A DNA stretch of 64,000 bases, from sequence record NC_041884.1, one strand, 5' to 3'. The notes under the pieces were generated by a model that did no database searches, was not told the origin of the DNA, and saw only the letters and a list, made by a program, of their open reading frames with translations. Shown here piece after piece: positions 47,673-57,655 of the stretch. Made by a program: the position numbers and the translations under genes. Numbering within the stretch: the stretch's first letter is position 1; each line of letters opens with the position of its first letter.

Positions 47673-49767
47673 CAGTGTAGGATCAATTCTAACTATTAGT
47701 AATACATCTTTAAATGTAACTGAAGCTGATATAATTTATATATCAGCTTCTAAGAAATACGAGCATACAGTAACAATATCTAATAATGGAATAGATAGTA
47801 TTTATATATCATCGGTTGCTTATTTATCTAACTCGAATACAGGGCAGAAATATACTTTAAGTACTTCTCGTATATCAGCAACCACTTTTAAAATTATTAC
47901 AGAGCCTAGAACAACAGAGTTTGCAGACATAGATGAATTAGAGTTAGTAGTACTGTATGAAGACGTAGAATATAGAGCTAAATCTTATGTTTCCCCAGTA
48001 TATGTAAATTCTAATGCTCATGTAATTGAATTTAAAACAGGAACAGTACCTTTAAATCAATCTAACATGCTATACCCTAGAATTAAGATAGGATTCCCTA
48101 GATGGGGAACTATAGAGAAAAATACTATTTCAAATGGCACTAAACTCTTAGAACCTCTATTTACTCCTCTGTACGACTCTTATTTCAAAGTAATTGATTT
48201 TAATTTACATACTAAATTCAAAACTCCATACACTAGATTTAAGAGCTTTGAAACAGGTTATAGGCCTCATAGTGTTTTTCAATTCTCAGGAACTACTTAT
48301 AGAAGAATGTATGAGTGTTCTTCAACTCAATCCTTGCCGAAAAGGATTGACTTAAATTCAACAAACACTTCTTTAACAACTGCTAGATTATTTTTATTAG
48401 CTAATACTGATTATGACTATGATTTTTCATTTCTAATTAATACTAGAATTTATTGTAGAAAACTTAATAACTCTTTAGAACAAGATGTTCTAACAATAAA
48501 AGGATTAGATTTAAAAGGAGATAGACTAGAAGAAAGAGTTATAGTTGTGGAAGACTTTTACACATGTGCTGTAAATAAGTTTAGTAAAATTTTTACAATC
48601 ACTTGTAACAGTAGCGTAGTTGTTTCTAATTATGTAAATTGTGTATTTAATCATTTCATTGTTAAGGATATTAACACTCTCCCTCCTATTGTTGATTCTG
48701 ATTTGTTCGCTTTCTTCCCTCAGTGTATAAAATTCTCAAACAATGAAAAAACAAGAGACACTTTACATATCTTCAATAGTACTAACTACCTTACAGAACC
48801 TCAGTATAAGTTTGATTTAGAGCATACAGGAAGAATAACATCTATGTATGTAGATGAATTCTTGAAGATATACTGGACAGACTCCTCTAATAAACTATAT
48901 ACAAATTGTATTAATCATGATCTATCTAAAGACGTAGGAAAAAATCCTTCAAATAATAATAACAATATTATTGTAGTTTCAGATCAGAATACAGCTATAG
49001 GAGATTGGGTAGATGTTTCTGTAATGTTAACTGAGTGGGAAGCTAATACCTCAATGGTGCTGCAAGTTAAGAATGGACAAGAGACTCTATATTATGATCA
49101 AGATACAGAATCGTTTGTAGCAGGAATTAGATATTTTTATCCTCCTGAAAATTTAGATATCCTTGAAGTCTCTGCTAAAGTTTTAAATGACTCACCCTAT
49201 ATTTTTACAGTATTTGATGATACATTAGAAAAACAGTATACTGCTTCTACTCAAAGTCAATATTTAAAAAGCACACAAGAACCTATAGCAGTAACGGGGA
49301 CCTTAAGTGTAATAAATGATAAGTTGTCATTAACTGATAATCTAGTAAATACTATAAGCTATAGTTCTGTATCAGATAAAATATTACTTACATTAACATC
49401 AAAAGATTTCTCTATGCTTGACTGGGAATTAGATTTTCTTGGTATGAAGATATCTAAAACATTCACGTCCATGCCTGAGGATTACTACTCAATAATTTCT
49501 AATGGATCTAATGATAATCCTTTAATTATTGAAATAGATAGAATGGCTGTTATTTATGACTATAATTTAGATAGAGTTCCTATGACACTTAATTTTAAGT
49601 ATGATACAATGTATAATAGAGGAATTCTTAGTAACGTAGAATTACAGTTAGCAGATAAGTATGGTATTAGAGATAAAGATTTATCTATTGCAGCATCTGA
49701 TAGCTATATAACAATTCCAATGGATTTCACTAGAAACACAAAGGATATTAATTATGTTGCAGTCTAA
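47665..49767 (+). CDS. baseplate structural protein (700 aa)
   Basis: Beta-rich; synteny only. Confidence 0.55.
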   Translation: MDNSVGSILTISNTSLNVTEADIIYISASKKYEHTVTISNNGIDSIYISSVAYLSNSNTGQKYTLSTSRISATTFKIITEPRTTEFADIDELELVVLYEDVEYRAKSYVSPVYVNSNAHVIEFKTGTVPLNQSNMLYPRIKIGFPRWGTIEKNTISNGTKLLEPLFTPLYDSYFKVIDFNLHTKFKTPYTRFKSFETGYRPHSVFQFSGTTYRRMYECSSTQSLPKRIDLNSTNTSLTTARLFLLANTDYDYDFSFLINTRIYCRKLNNSLEQDVLTIKGLDLKGDRLEERVIVVEDFYTCAVNKFSKIFTITCNSSVVVSNYVNCVFNHFIVKDINTLPPIVDSDLFAFFPQCIKFSNNEKTRDTLHIFNSTNYLTEPQYKFDLEHTGRITSMYVDEFLKIYWTDSSNKLYTNCINHDLSKDVGKNPSNNNNNIIVVSDQNTAIGDWVDVSVMLTEWEANTSMVLQVKNGQETLYYDQDTESFVAGIRYFYPPENLDILEVSAKVLNDSPYIFTVFDDTLEKQYTASTQSQYLKSTQEPIAVTGTLSVINDKLSLTDNLVNTISYSSVSDKILLTLTSKDFSMLDWELDFLGMKISKTFTSMPEDYYSIISNGSNDNPLIIEIDRMAVIYDYNLDRVPMTLNFKYDTMYNRGILSNVELQLADKYGIRDKDLSIAASDSYITIPMDFTRNTKDINYVAV

Positions 49768-49939
49768 AACTACTCAAATATACTCAGAAATAAATACAAG
49801 CAACATTGGGTACCAGTATGATTCTAGAGATAAAGAAATATTCTTAGAAGAAGGATATAAATATTCTATTGTTACTACAATTAATGGTGTTCTTATAAGA
49901 ACTGACATAGATCTGACAGAGGTGAATAATGATAATTAA
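49754..49939 (+). CDS. small hypothetical protein
   Basis: Overlaps both neighbours in the operon. Confidence 0.55.
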   Translation: MLQSKTTQIYSEINTSNIGYQYDSRDKEIFLEEGYKYSIVTTINGVLIRTDIDLTEVNNDN

Positions 49940-50555
49940 TAAATTGGGTTTATCAGAAGGAAAAGTAGATATTGATCCTGAAGTGGATGCCTTTAACTTT
50001 AGACCCTATGAATATTCAGATTCAGATGCTATACAAACATATGAAAAAACAGAAGTATGCAATGTGTCTATAAGTACATCATTTAAAATTCAAAATAGTG
50101 TAATGCAAATTGGAACAGAGTTTTATGATATTGGTGATAAAACTCTGCAAGATGTCTATAATATAGTTAATCTATATGGAACTATGAATTTCTTTACAGG
50201 CTATGAAAGCTTTAGAAACTTACCAGCACTTCTTCTAAATGATTGTAATAATATGGTATTCACAATAATTGATGGAGATGTTAGTCCTACGGATGTATCT
50301 CATCTTAACCAAAATAGAACGATGGTATCTTTAGTTGAAACTACTCCTAAAGTCACCGTGTATGACTATGAGAGTAATATTGAGAAAGACCACACTAAAG
50401 TAGGTAATAAGATTTTCTTTAATCCTTCCAATTCAACTAAAATCTATATTCAAAAGACAAGTACTAATTTCAATTTAACTATAGATATGAGTCCTAGACG
50501 TATAGCTAATGTAAATGTAGTCAGTACTTTATTAAACTATGGAGAAGTAATATAA
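49929..50555 (+). CDS. hypothetical baseplate-region protein
   Basis: GAGG SD, coupled ORF. Confidence 0.65.
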   Translation: MIINKLGLSEGKVDIDPEVDAFNFRPYEYSDSDAIQTYEKTEVCNVSISTSFKIQNSVMQIGTEFYDIGDKTLQDVYNIVNLYGTMNFFTGYESFRNLPALLLNDCNNMVFTIIDGDVSPTDVSHLNQNRTMVSLVETTPKVTVYDYESNIEKDHTKVGNKIFFNPSNSTKIYIQKTSTNFNLTIDMSPRRIANVNVVSTLLNYGEVI

Positions 50556-51685
50556 TGAGTTTTGATATTAAAATTGGAACTAATAAACAATATACTGTTC
50601 CTATTGATATCGATAAAAATAAATCATCTATCGTAAACGAATCAGTATTTACGATAGATGATTCAGAAGGAATTTTAGAAGTGGCATCTCACTATGCATC
50701 TAAAGAGAATTCATTTTTATCTAATTTTATTTGTGCAGAACAAGTAGACAACAAATCTGTTAAAGATTCATCTGTTCCTACGACAGATAATTTTTATTAT
50801 CTAATAAAAGAAGGAGCTGATTATAAGTATAGTAAAAATAAACCTTACCAATATACTTACCTTCCTCAAGATACCTTTCTCTCTTTAATTTCAAAACCTT
50901 ATAATCCTACGACTTCATTATCAACATTACTCATTAAAGCTTCTAGAGGTACTGTATTCTCAACAGGAAAAACACCTACGGCTTGGATGGTATATAGTTT
51001 TCCATATGGTGGCATATCTAAGGCTAGTCTCAGGTTTTTATACACAACTAACACTAATGTTTTAAAAGAGTTAGTTATTGATGATACAACAGTTAAATTA
51101 GATACATTAGAAGGTAATATCTATATCAATCAAAGCTACCATGATAAGATTGAACAAGTATTTGGGTTATTTGATATCGAACCCATTAAAATCTTTAAGG
51201 CTCCTATCCTAACTCCAAAAGGAGAAACAGTAAATATCTACGGTTCTTTAAAACAAAAGAATTCTTTTGGAGATGTTACTATCAATGAACTTACAGATGA
51301 TATGAAAATTATTACATTTTCATATAATTGTTTTGTTCTAGCTACAGACCCTTATTTTATTTCTATTGATGGTATTAACTTACTAGGACCTAGATTTATA
51401 CCTAAGAATACACCTATATTAGTTCAACAGAAATTTAATATAGAAAAAGAGAGTTTTGAAGAAATATACTACAATATGTATACAGGTCTTGACTCGTATG
51501 AAAACGAATTATCTACTACATTTATTAAACATGACTATGGTTCTACGTTAGAATACTTTTCTTCCATATCGGTAGCATCAGGATTATTTATCTACAAAGA
51601 AAATAGCCAAGGTAGTTATGACACATTAAATACAACTTATTTACCTCTATTTAATCCACAAGATATAATTAAGGAACCTTTATAA
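50555..51685 (+). CDS. hypothetical baseplate-region protein
   Basis: TAATG-coupled ORF. Confidence 0.65.
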   Translation: MSFDIKIGTNKQYTVPIDIDKNKSSIVNESVFTIDDSEGILEVASHYASKENSFLSNFICAEQVDNKSVKDSSVPTTDNFYYLIKEGADYKYSKNKPYQYTYLPQDTFLSLISKPYNPTTSLSTLLIKASRGTVFSTGKTPTAWMVYSFPYGGISKASLRFLYTTNTNVLKELVIDDTTVKLDTLEGNIYINQSYHDKIEQVFGLFDIEPIKIFKAPILTPKGETVNIYGSLKQKNSFGDVTINELTDDMKIITFSYNCFVLATDPYFISIDGINLLGPRFIPKNTPILVQQKFNIEKESFEEIYYNMYTGLDSYENELSTTFIKHDYGSTLEYFSSISVASGLFIYKENSQGSYDTLNTTYLPLFNPQDIIKEPL

Positions 51686-51686
51686 A

Positions 51687-54600
51687 ATGACCGATCAATA
51701 TTTTAAACATACCCCTCAAGCTTTGAGTGATCAGAATCAAGTTGAGAACTTGGCTATCGAAGTTGAGGAAGCTTTTCTAAAAGTAGAAAAGGACTTATGG
51801 TCTAACACAGTTAATGCTGCATCATTAGGAAGTTCCATTGGTGACTTAGATACTTATTATTTAAAAGAATATCTTCCAAATAATGGAATTATATCTAATT
51901 ATACTCAAAAACTTTATTTTCCTCTTCACTCTAAAGAAGCCTCTTTAGATCTTATTCCTGATACTGCCACTTCTTCACTTAATACGGTGTCCATTAGTAA
52001 CATGTTAATGCCATCGCAAGTGTATACATATAAACATAATGGTTTACTAGAGACTGAATATGACTTTACTTTTGTTAATAGAAAAGTTGTTTTAGGTGCA
52101 GCTCCTTCAGATGCTAGAACACTCACAATCAGTTATAATGGGTATGAGCCTGTTGATTCTAGAGATGTTGGTCTTGATCTTAGATATAATGTACTACAAA
52201 CAGTTGTAAATGGTTCTGTAGTTAAAGAGTTTTCAAACGTAAAAACTGGAAATATCTATAGAATAGATGGCTATGATTTCAAAAATATGTGTTCTAAAGA
52301 CATTATAGATATTATCAACAATGCTCCATATAATCTAGATAAATTTGTATCTATTACAGATGTCAATAGTGACATATCCTATTCTATAAGTAACATTACT
52401 ATTACAAACTCATATATCTCTTTTGAGTCTGATGATGTTATTCCAGAGAATGTGAAGATATACGTAGCCAATAGTAATCTAGGAAAATTAGTTGAAGGTA
52501 TTTATAGACTATTCTACTCACACAATCATGGCTCTGATGGGGGTAAACTTGTATCACATTCAGACTTAGTTGGTCTGTTCAATAATAATAGTGATATCAA
52601 ATACTCTGTCACTAACAAAGAAAACTACGATCACCCTCAATATATAAACCGAGAAGGCTATATTGAAGATCCTTCTGTTTACAATAATGCTTTGTTAGGT
52701 GATTTATTAGTAGCTTCTTCAGATCCTTCTAATTTTTACAATAACCTTAGTAAAGACAGTTTTAAATTAGTCTTTGGTGAATATGCTTCTGGACACAGAA
52801 TGGGATATTCAAAGAATACAGATTCGTTAGTTATTGATTCCCTTTCTAGAGATGGTGTAAAGCTTGTTTCACCTAAGAATAAAAATATTTTCTCCTTAAA
52901 CGAACATAACTTTACTGATTTAAGTGATGGTATTTATTCAGGAGTTCGTTTATCTATTGTTCCAACTGATGTAGGTTCAACAGGAGAAGTAGCTGTATTT
53001 AGTATTAAAAAGGCTGAGATTGATGATATTGGAGCAGTAACCCATACAGATACAGCTGAACTCCATGTATACTCAAGCACATTCTCTATTACTAAAGTTA
53101 AAGACTCCTTAAATATTTTAGATTCGGCAGTTATTAATTTTGGTACTAATCCTAAAGTTAGGATTAAAAGTGAAGCTACTGGAATTAAAGTAGAAGATTT
53201 AACACAAAATAAGAATCAACAATTTTATGTTAATCTCCCTTTAATTACTTCTCAGATCACAGCTGATCATATTGATGCTAAAGAAATTCATATAACTGAT
53301 ACTCAAACATTAGTATTAGGTAATAAAAACCACACAGAGGATTTAGATAAGCAAACACTCTCTTTTAATACTACAACTAATCAAACGGTATTAAATATTA
53401 ATAAGCCTTTACTATTCAAGCGTAATGGGTACGAGTCAGGTATTGCTTTTGGTCCATCTTCTAGAATATTTGCTTCCACAAGTCAAGGATTAAATACTGC
53501 TATTGAATCTGAAAAATTAGATACATATATCCAGAATAATGGTGATGTGTATTTCATTGATAGTGGTTTTACTTATCAAACTGGTTCTACAAATTTACAA
53601 GCTGTAGGTAGAAGTAAAATTCATACTAATGAAGTAACTGCTAACAATTTCTCTGTTAACTATAATGAATCTACTATAAGAGCATTTAAACTTAATGGAG
53701 ATACACATAAGATCTTTGCTCAAAGAGATCCTCAAGGAAACACATCTGTACTCCTTCAAAGCTTAGGCGGTGTTAATGTAGTTAGTGGCTATTCAATCTC
53801 TGGATCTGACGTAACACTAAGTTATGGTGCTGTAAGAGCTTCTGAATTTAGAGTTGAAGGTAATGCTGCTGGGGCGGGTTTCTATGGAAATGTAATTATT
53901 CCAGCTGGAGATACATTAACTGTAAATGGTAATGCTATCATTAATACAGCTCTAGAGTTAAATACTAACTTAACAGTAAGAGGTGTTTCTAACTTAAATA
54001 TTCTAGAAACTAACAGTGTTGATGCTAAGACTCTTTCAGCTGAGACATCCGTAACAACACCTTTGATTACAGCTCCTCTAGGTTTTGAATCTAAGTTATA
54101 CATTGGTTCAGATACTATATTTAATAACAGTGCTACATTTAAACAAGTTTGTAACTTTACATCCAACTGTGTGTTTGATACAACTATTAGTGCTAATACT
54201 GTCAATGCTGTTAACTTAAATGTAACTTCAGCAGTAACTTTTCCACAAGTAACAGCTTCAGGAGTAACAGTTACTAATAATCTTGAATTTAAGAGAATGC
54301 TTCAAACAGATAATACAATTACTTCTGAATTCGCAGGACCTCTTCAATTAAAAGCTGGGTTAATAGTAGATAGAAATTATACGATTCGTTTAGGTAGTGC
54401 AGATATCTTAACCACCAGAAATACAGCTGGTTTGCTATTAACAGAAAATGCAGTTAAATTAGGTAATAACTCTACTGTCAAAGCAACTAAGATGTTTGCT
54501 AATAAAGGTATTCCTACTGGTGGTAATTCAGATATTATTGGTGGTTATGCTTTTGAGACTAACTTAGGAAATACTGATGGTGACACAGGTTTATTCTGTA

Positions 54601-55229
54601 CTGATAAAGGGACTTCTTCCCTTGCAGATGATTTAGTTTTCTATATTGATGGTGTTAAGAGAGGAGAAATCTCTTCGACTCCTCTAGATGTAACTGGATC
54701 TATTGAAGGAAGAGAAAAGACTTTAGTAACAGCTGAAATGATTAAGAATCAAATGGATACTTTATTAGGTACTGTACTTAGTATGGTGTATCCAGTTGGA
54801 TCTATTTATGTTAATGGTTCAGATAATAGAAATCCTAGAGAAGTATTAAACTGGCCTACAAGTGTTTGGGCTAGATTTGCAGTAGGTATGACCCTAGTTG
54901 GTGCAGAAGGCTCATCTGCAAGTGAGAAAATGGCTGCTATGTGGAACAAACCTACAGATGTACCATTAAGCATTGAAGAAGAATTTGGTGAATTTAGGCA
55001 TCAATTAACTGAGCCAGAGTTACCATCTATTGATGCAAGACTAAAATTAACTACTTGGGTACATGGAGATGATGCGTCAGGCTCTGGAGCTATCTTAACA
55101 GCTAATAGAAACTGGGAGAGTGGTACACAATATCCTCAAGGAGCTTCTGTAGCTATTAATGGAGAAGATAAACCTCATAATAACGTTCAACCTTCTAAAG
55201 TAGTAGCAATGTGGAGAAGAATTGGGTGA
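51687..55229 (+). CDS. fibre or baseplate protein with beta-helix-like middle and gp10-like C-terminal domain
   Basis: C-terminal YPVGSIY...NP...W.RFA.G.TLVG...GE..HQLT..ELPS...HNNVQPS.VV.MWRRI motif; repetitive short strands in the middle. Confidence 0.75.
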   Translation: MTDQYFKHTPQALSDQNQVENLAIEVEEAFLKVEKDLWSNTVNAASLGSSIGDLDTYYLKEYLPNNGIISNYTQKLYFPLHSKEASLDLIPDTATSSLNTVSISNMLMPSQVYTYKHNGLLETEYDFTFVNRKVVLGAAPSDARTLTISYNGYEPVDSRDVGLDLRYNVLQTVVNGSVVKEFSNVKTGNIYRIDGYDFKNMCSKDIIDIINNAPYNLDKFVSITDVNSDISYSISNITITNSYISFESDDVIPENVKIYVANSNLGKLVEGIYRLFYSHNHGSDGGKLVSHSDLVGLFNNNSDIKYSVTNKENYDHPQYINREGYIEDPSVYNNALLGDLLVASSDPSNFYNNLSKDSFKLVFGEYASGHRMGYSKNTDSLVIDSLSRDGVKLVSPKNKNIFSLNEHNFTDLSDGIYSGVRLSIVPTDVGSTGEVAVFSIKKAEIDDIGAVTHTDTAELHVYSSTFSITKVKDSLNILDSAVINFGTNPKVRIKSEATGIKVEDLTQNKNQQFYVNLPLITSQITADHIDAKEIHITDTQTLVLGNKNHTEDLDKQTLSFNTTTNQTVLNINKPLLFKRNGYESGIAFGPSSRIFASTSQGLNTAIESEKLDTYIQNNGDVYFIDSGFTYQTGSTNLQAVGRSKIHTNEVTANNFSVNYNESTIRAFKLNGDTHKIFAQRDPQGNTSVLLQSLGGVNVVSGYSISGSDVTLSYGAVRASEFRVEGNAAGAGFYGNVIIPAGDTLTVNGNAIINTALELNTNLTVRGVSNLNILETNSVDAKTLSAETSVTTPLITAPLGFESKLYIGSDTIFNNSATFKQVCNFTSNCVFDTTISANTVNAVNLNVTSAVTFPQVTASGVTVTNNLEFKRMLQTDNTITSEFAGPLQLKAGLIVDRNYTIRLGSADILTTRNTAGLLLTENAVKLGNNSTVKATKMFANKGIPTGGNSDIIGGYAFETNLGNTDGDTGLFCTDKGTSSLADDLVFYIDGVKRGEISSTPLDVTGSIEGREKTLVTAEMIKNQMDTLLGTVLSMVYPVGSIYVNGSDNRNPREVLNWPTSVWARFAVGMTLVGAEGSSASEKMAAMWNKPTDVPLSIEEEFGEFRHQLTEPELPSIDARLKLTTWVHGDDASGSGAILTANRNWESGTQYPQGASVAINGEDKPHNNVQPSKVVAMWRRIG

Positions 55230-56419
55230 GTATAATTTTTACTAAAACTTACTCAGGATCAATTAAACGAGAGATTTCGGAAGGGCAATTTAGCCCTTCC
55301 CCTCTTCCTGAGTATTATGTCGAACAAGAGAAAACTAAAAGTATTAGAACTAACAATATTGAAGCTTTGTTTCCTAGTAAAATATTTAATGTTGTATCAA
55401 AACAGAAGAGTGTAGAAATCACTTCTAATACATTAAATATAGAAATTACAGATGTAATAATAGATGGAGTTCCTTATACTAAAAAGCTTAATACAATTCC
55501 ATCAGACTTAACTAAAGTCAAAGAAGATTTTAAAGTCCTAAACGGTATATGCTATATAAATACTAGCAAAACTTACATTCAAGTAAATTCTGATATGTAT
55601 GTAGTAGAACCTGTTATAGGATTATCCTCTTTTAATAGAACCTCTAATGTAGCGATTAAAAGATTAAAGGACTGTTTTAAAATTACAATCAAAACAAATA
55701 ACCCAACAAATATTCATATTAAATTGAATGCCCCTTCTATTTTTTCTCCATCTTTAATTAATAATTGGTTGATATACCATGATTGTATTTATAGAATTAG
55801 TAAACCAACCTATTCATATCTCTCCTCTCATACTTTTGAGTATTACGATAAAGAAGAAATTCATGAACTCTCTAATAACATAGTTTTAAGAGATATTCCT
55901 GTAGGCCCTATCACAACAGAGACTGTAGACCGTTTTATTAAAGTCAGCTATAAAACATACAGAACTAATCTTATGATAAATACATCATTGAGTGAAAACT
56001 TATTTATAGCTGTAGAGGAAGAAGGGAATTCATCACTTGAAGTAAGAACTCAACTTTCATTACTTACTAAATATTTTATAAATTCTGTTCATACAAATAA
56101 AACAGAATTTATAAAGATTCAAGAAAATCCTTACAAAGCAAGTAAAGCTTATGAAGGAAGAGGGGAGTCAATACTATTTGTATGGGACTTAGAATCAAAA
56201 TATACTAGAAGTCATAATGTTCCTATTGGTTGTGAAAGAGTATTATTAAGCTTAAACAAAATCTTTAAAAAAGAGAAAAAAACTATAGTAACTTCATCTT
56301 ACCCTATATATGATTCAGTGTCTTTACAAACAAGTGATACATACACTACCATTCCATATAATGGTTCAAATTTAAATCAATTAAATAAACTACTTGTAGT
56401 AGTTAATAGCTTAGTGTAA
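55226..56419 (+). CDS. hypothetical protein
   Basis: GTG at 55226 overlaps the upstream TGA and has a GGAG SD (track start 55211). Confidence 0.6.
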   Translation: MSIIFTKTYSGSIKREISEGQFSPSPLPEYYVEQEKTKSIRTNNIEALFPSKIFNVVSKQKSVEITSNTLNIEITDVIIDGVPYTKKLNTIPSDLTKVKEDFKVLNGICYINTSKTYIQVNSDMYVVEPVIGLSSFNRTSNVAIKRLKDCFKITIKTNNPTNIHIKLNAPSIFSPSLINNWLIYHDCIYRISKPTYSYLSSHTFEYYDKEEIHELSNNIVLRDIPVGPITTETVDRFIKVSYKTYRTNLMINTSLSENLFIAVEEEGNSSLEVRTQLSLLTKYFINSVHTNKTEFIKIQENPYKASKAYEGRGESILFVWDLESKYTRSHNVPIGCERVLLSLNKIFKKEKKTIVTSSYPIYDSVSLQTSDTYTTIPYNGSNLNQLNKLLVVVNSLV

Positions 56420-56428
56420 GGATTTGAC

Positions 56429-57655
56429 ATGAGTACAATTTCAAATTATTTGAAAGACTTCCAAGATATGTATGTGGATGTAACTCCAAATCTCAGTGGA
56501 TTGTCTACTAATTTAACTAAACTAGAATTAAAAGATCTTGAGAATTATCTGAATAAACTTTCTGACACTCTTGCAGAATTGAATAATCTCACTAGTAATA
56601 CATCAGAAGAACTAGATAAACATTATAAAGAACTTTATAGAGTCTTTGACGAAAAGTTAGATTATATTGGGGATATGGCTGATGTTTATAACTACATTAA
56701 TAGTTACTTTGATATGAAAGTTGTTAGAGATATTTCTATATTCAACCTTTCCACTAAGACTTCAGATACATGTATTTACGATCAAAATTCTAAAGGAGTT
56801 ACATTAAAAAGTGTTAATAGTTTATTTAGATGTTCTAAAACGATTACAGATAACATAATTACATTCTATAATACAAATACTGCATCACACAGTGGTATTC
56901 ATCTCTCTTCTCCTTTTTTAGACCTACTAGATGTAACTCAAATCACAATAAGGAAAGCAGATGGTACAGTATTAGAACTAGAAGTATCAAAAACAGACAA
57001 CAAAGAATACTACATTCATCATGAAGATTTAGTATCTTCTCAAATTGTAATTCAATTTACTCCCCTCTCATCAAACCAAACTCTACTTAGCTACTTACAA
57101 ACTGTAAATTTAAATTTAATTGAATACTCTTATGGTGTAGAAGGCTATCTACCTCTTTCTAATACTGAATTAGCTGCTAGTGATCTTCTATCAATTGTGG
57201 TAGACTCTATTATACCAACTAATACTTATGCTAATGTGACTTTAGGATTAGAACTATTAGATGTTAATGGGAATGTAATCGATACAGTTGATACTTCAAT
57301 TCCAATCAACTCGAATATGATTTGTAAGAGACTAGATAGAATTAATTATAATGAAGTTGGTTCTTTTGAGTATTTAATTATTAAAGGAAAGAAGACTAAA
57401 AATAAGATTAGTGAGGAATACCTTAAATCTTTAGAATTTCAAAATGAAAAGTATGTGGTTTACATCCCTAAAGATCTATATGAAAACAAAGTAAATAAAT
57501 ACCTAACAAAATTAGGAAACAATTCATTCAGAGTTAACACTAAAGTAGTAGATAAACTTAGATTTAGTCCTACTATAGAGCTATTTTCATTTGGATTGAA
57601 TAACAGTCCAATAATTAAAAATGTAGTAGGAGTGACAAAGAATGAGACAATATGA
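56429..57655 (+). CDS. virion structural protein (helical N-terminus plus beta domains)
   Basis: Architecture similar to the 57642 and 62740 ORFs. Confidence 0.6.
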   Translation: MSTISNYLKDFQDMYVDVTPNLSGLSTNLTKLELKDLENYLNKLSDTLAELNNLTSNTSEELDKHYKELYRVFDEKLDYIGDMADVYNYINSYFDMKVVRDISIFNLSTKTSDTCIYDQNSKGVTLKSVNSLFRCSKTITDNIITFYNTNTASHSGIHLSSPFLDLLDVTQITIRKADGTVLELEVSKTDNKEYYIHHEDLVSSQIVIQFTPLSSNQTLLSYLQTVNLNLIEYSYGVEGYLPLSNTELAASDLLSIVVDSIIPTNTYANVTLGLELLDVNGNVIDTVDTSIPINSNMICKRLDRINYNEVGSFEYLIIKGKKTKNKISEEYLKSLEFQNEKYVVYIPKDLYENKVNKYLTKLGNNSFRVNTKVVDKLRFSPTIELFSFGLNNSPIIKNVVGVTKNETI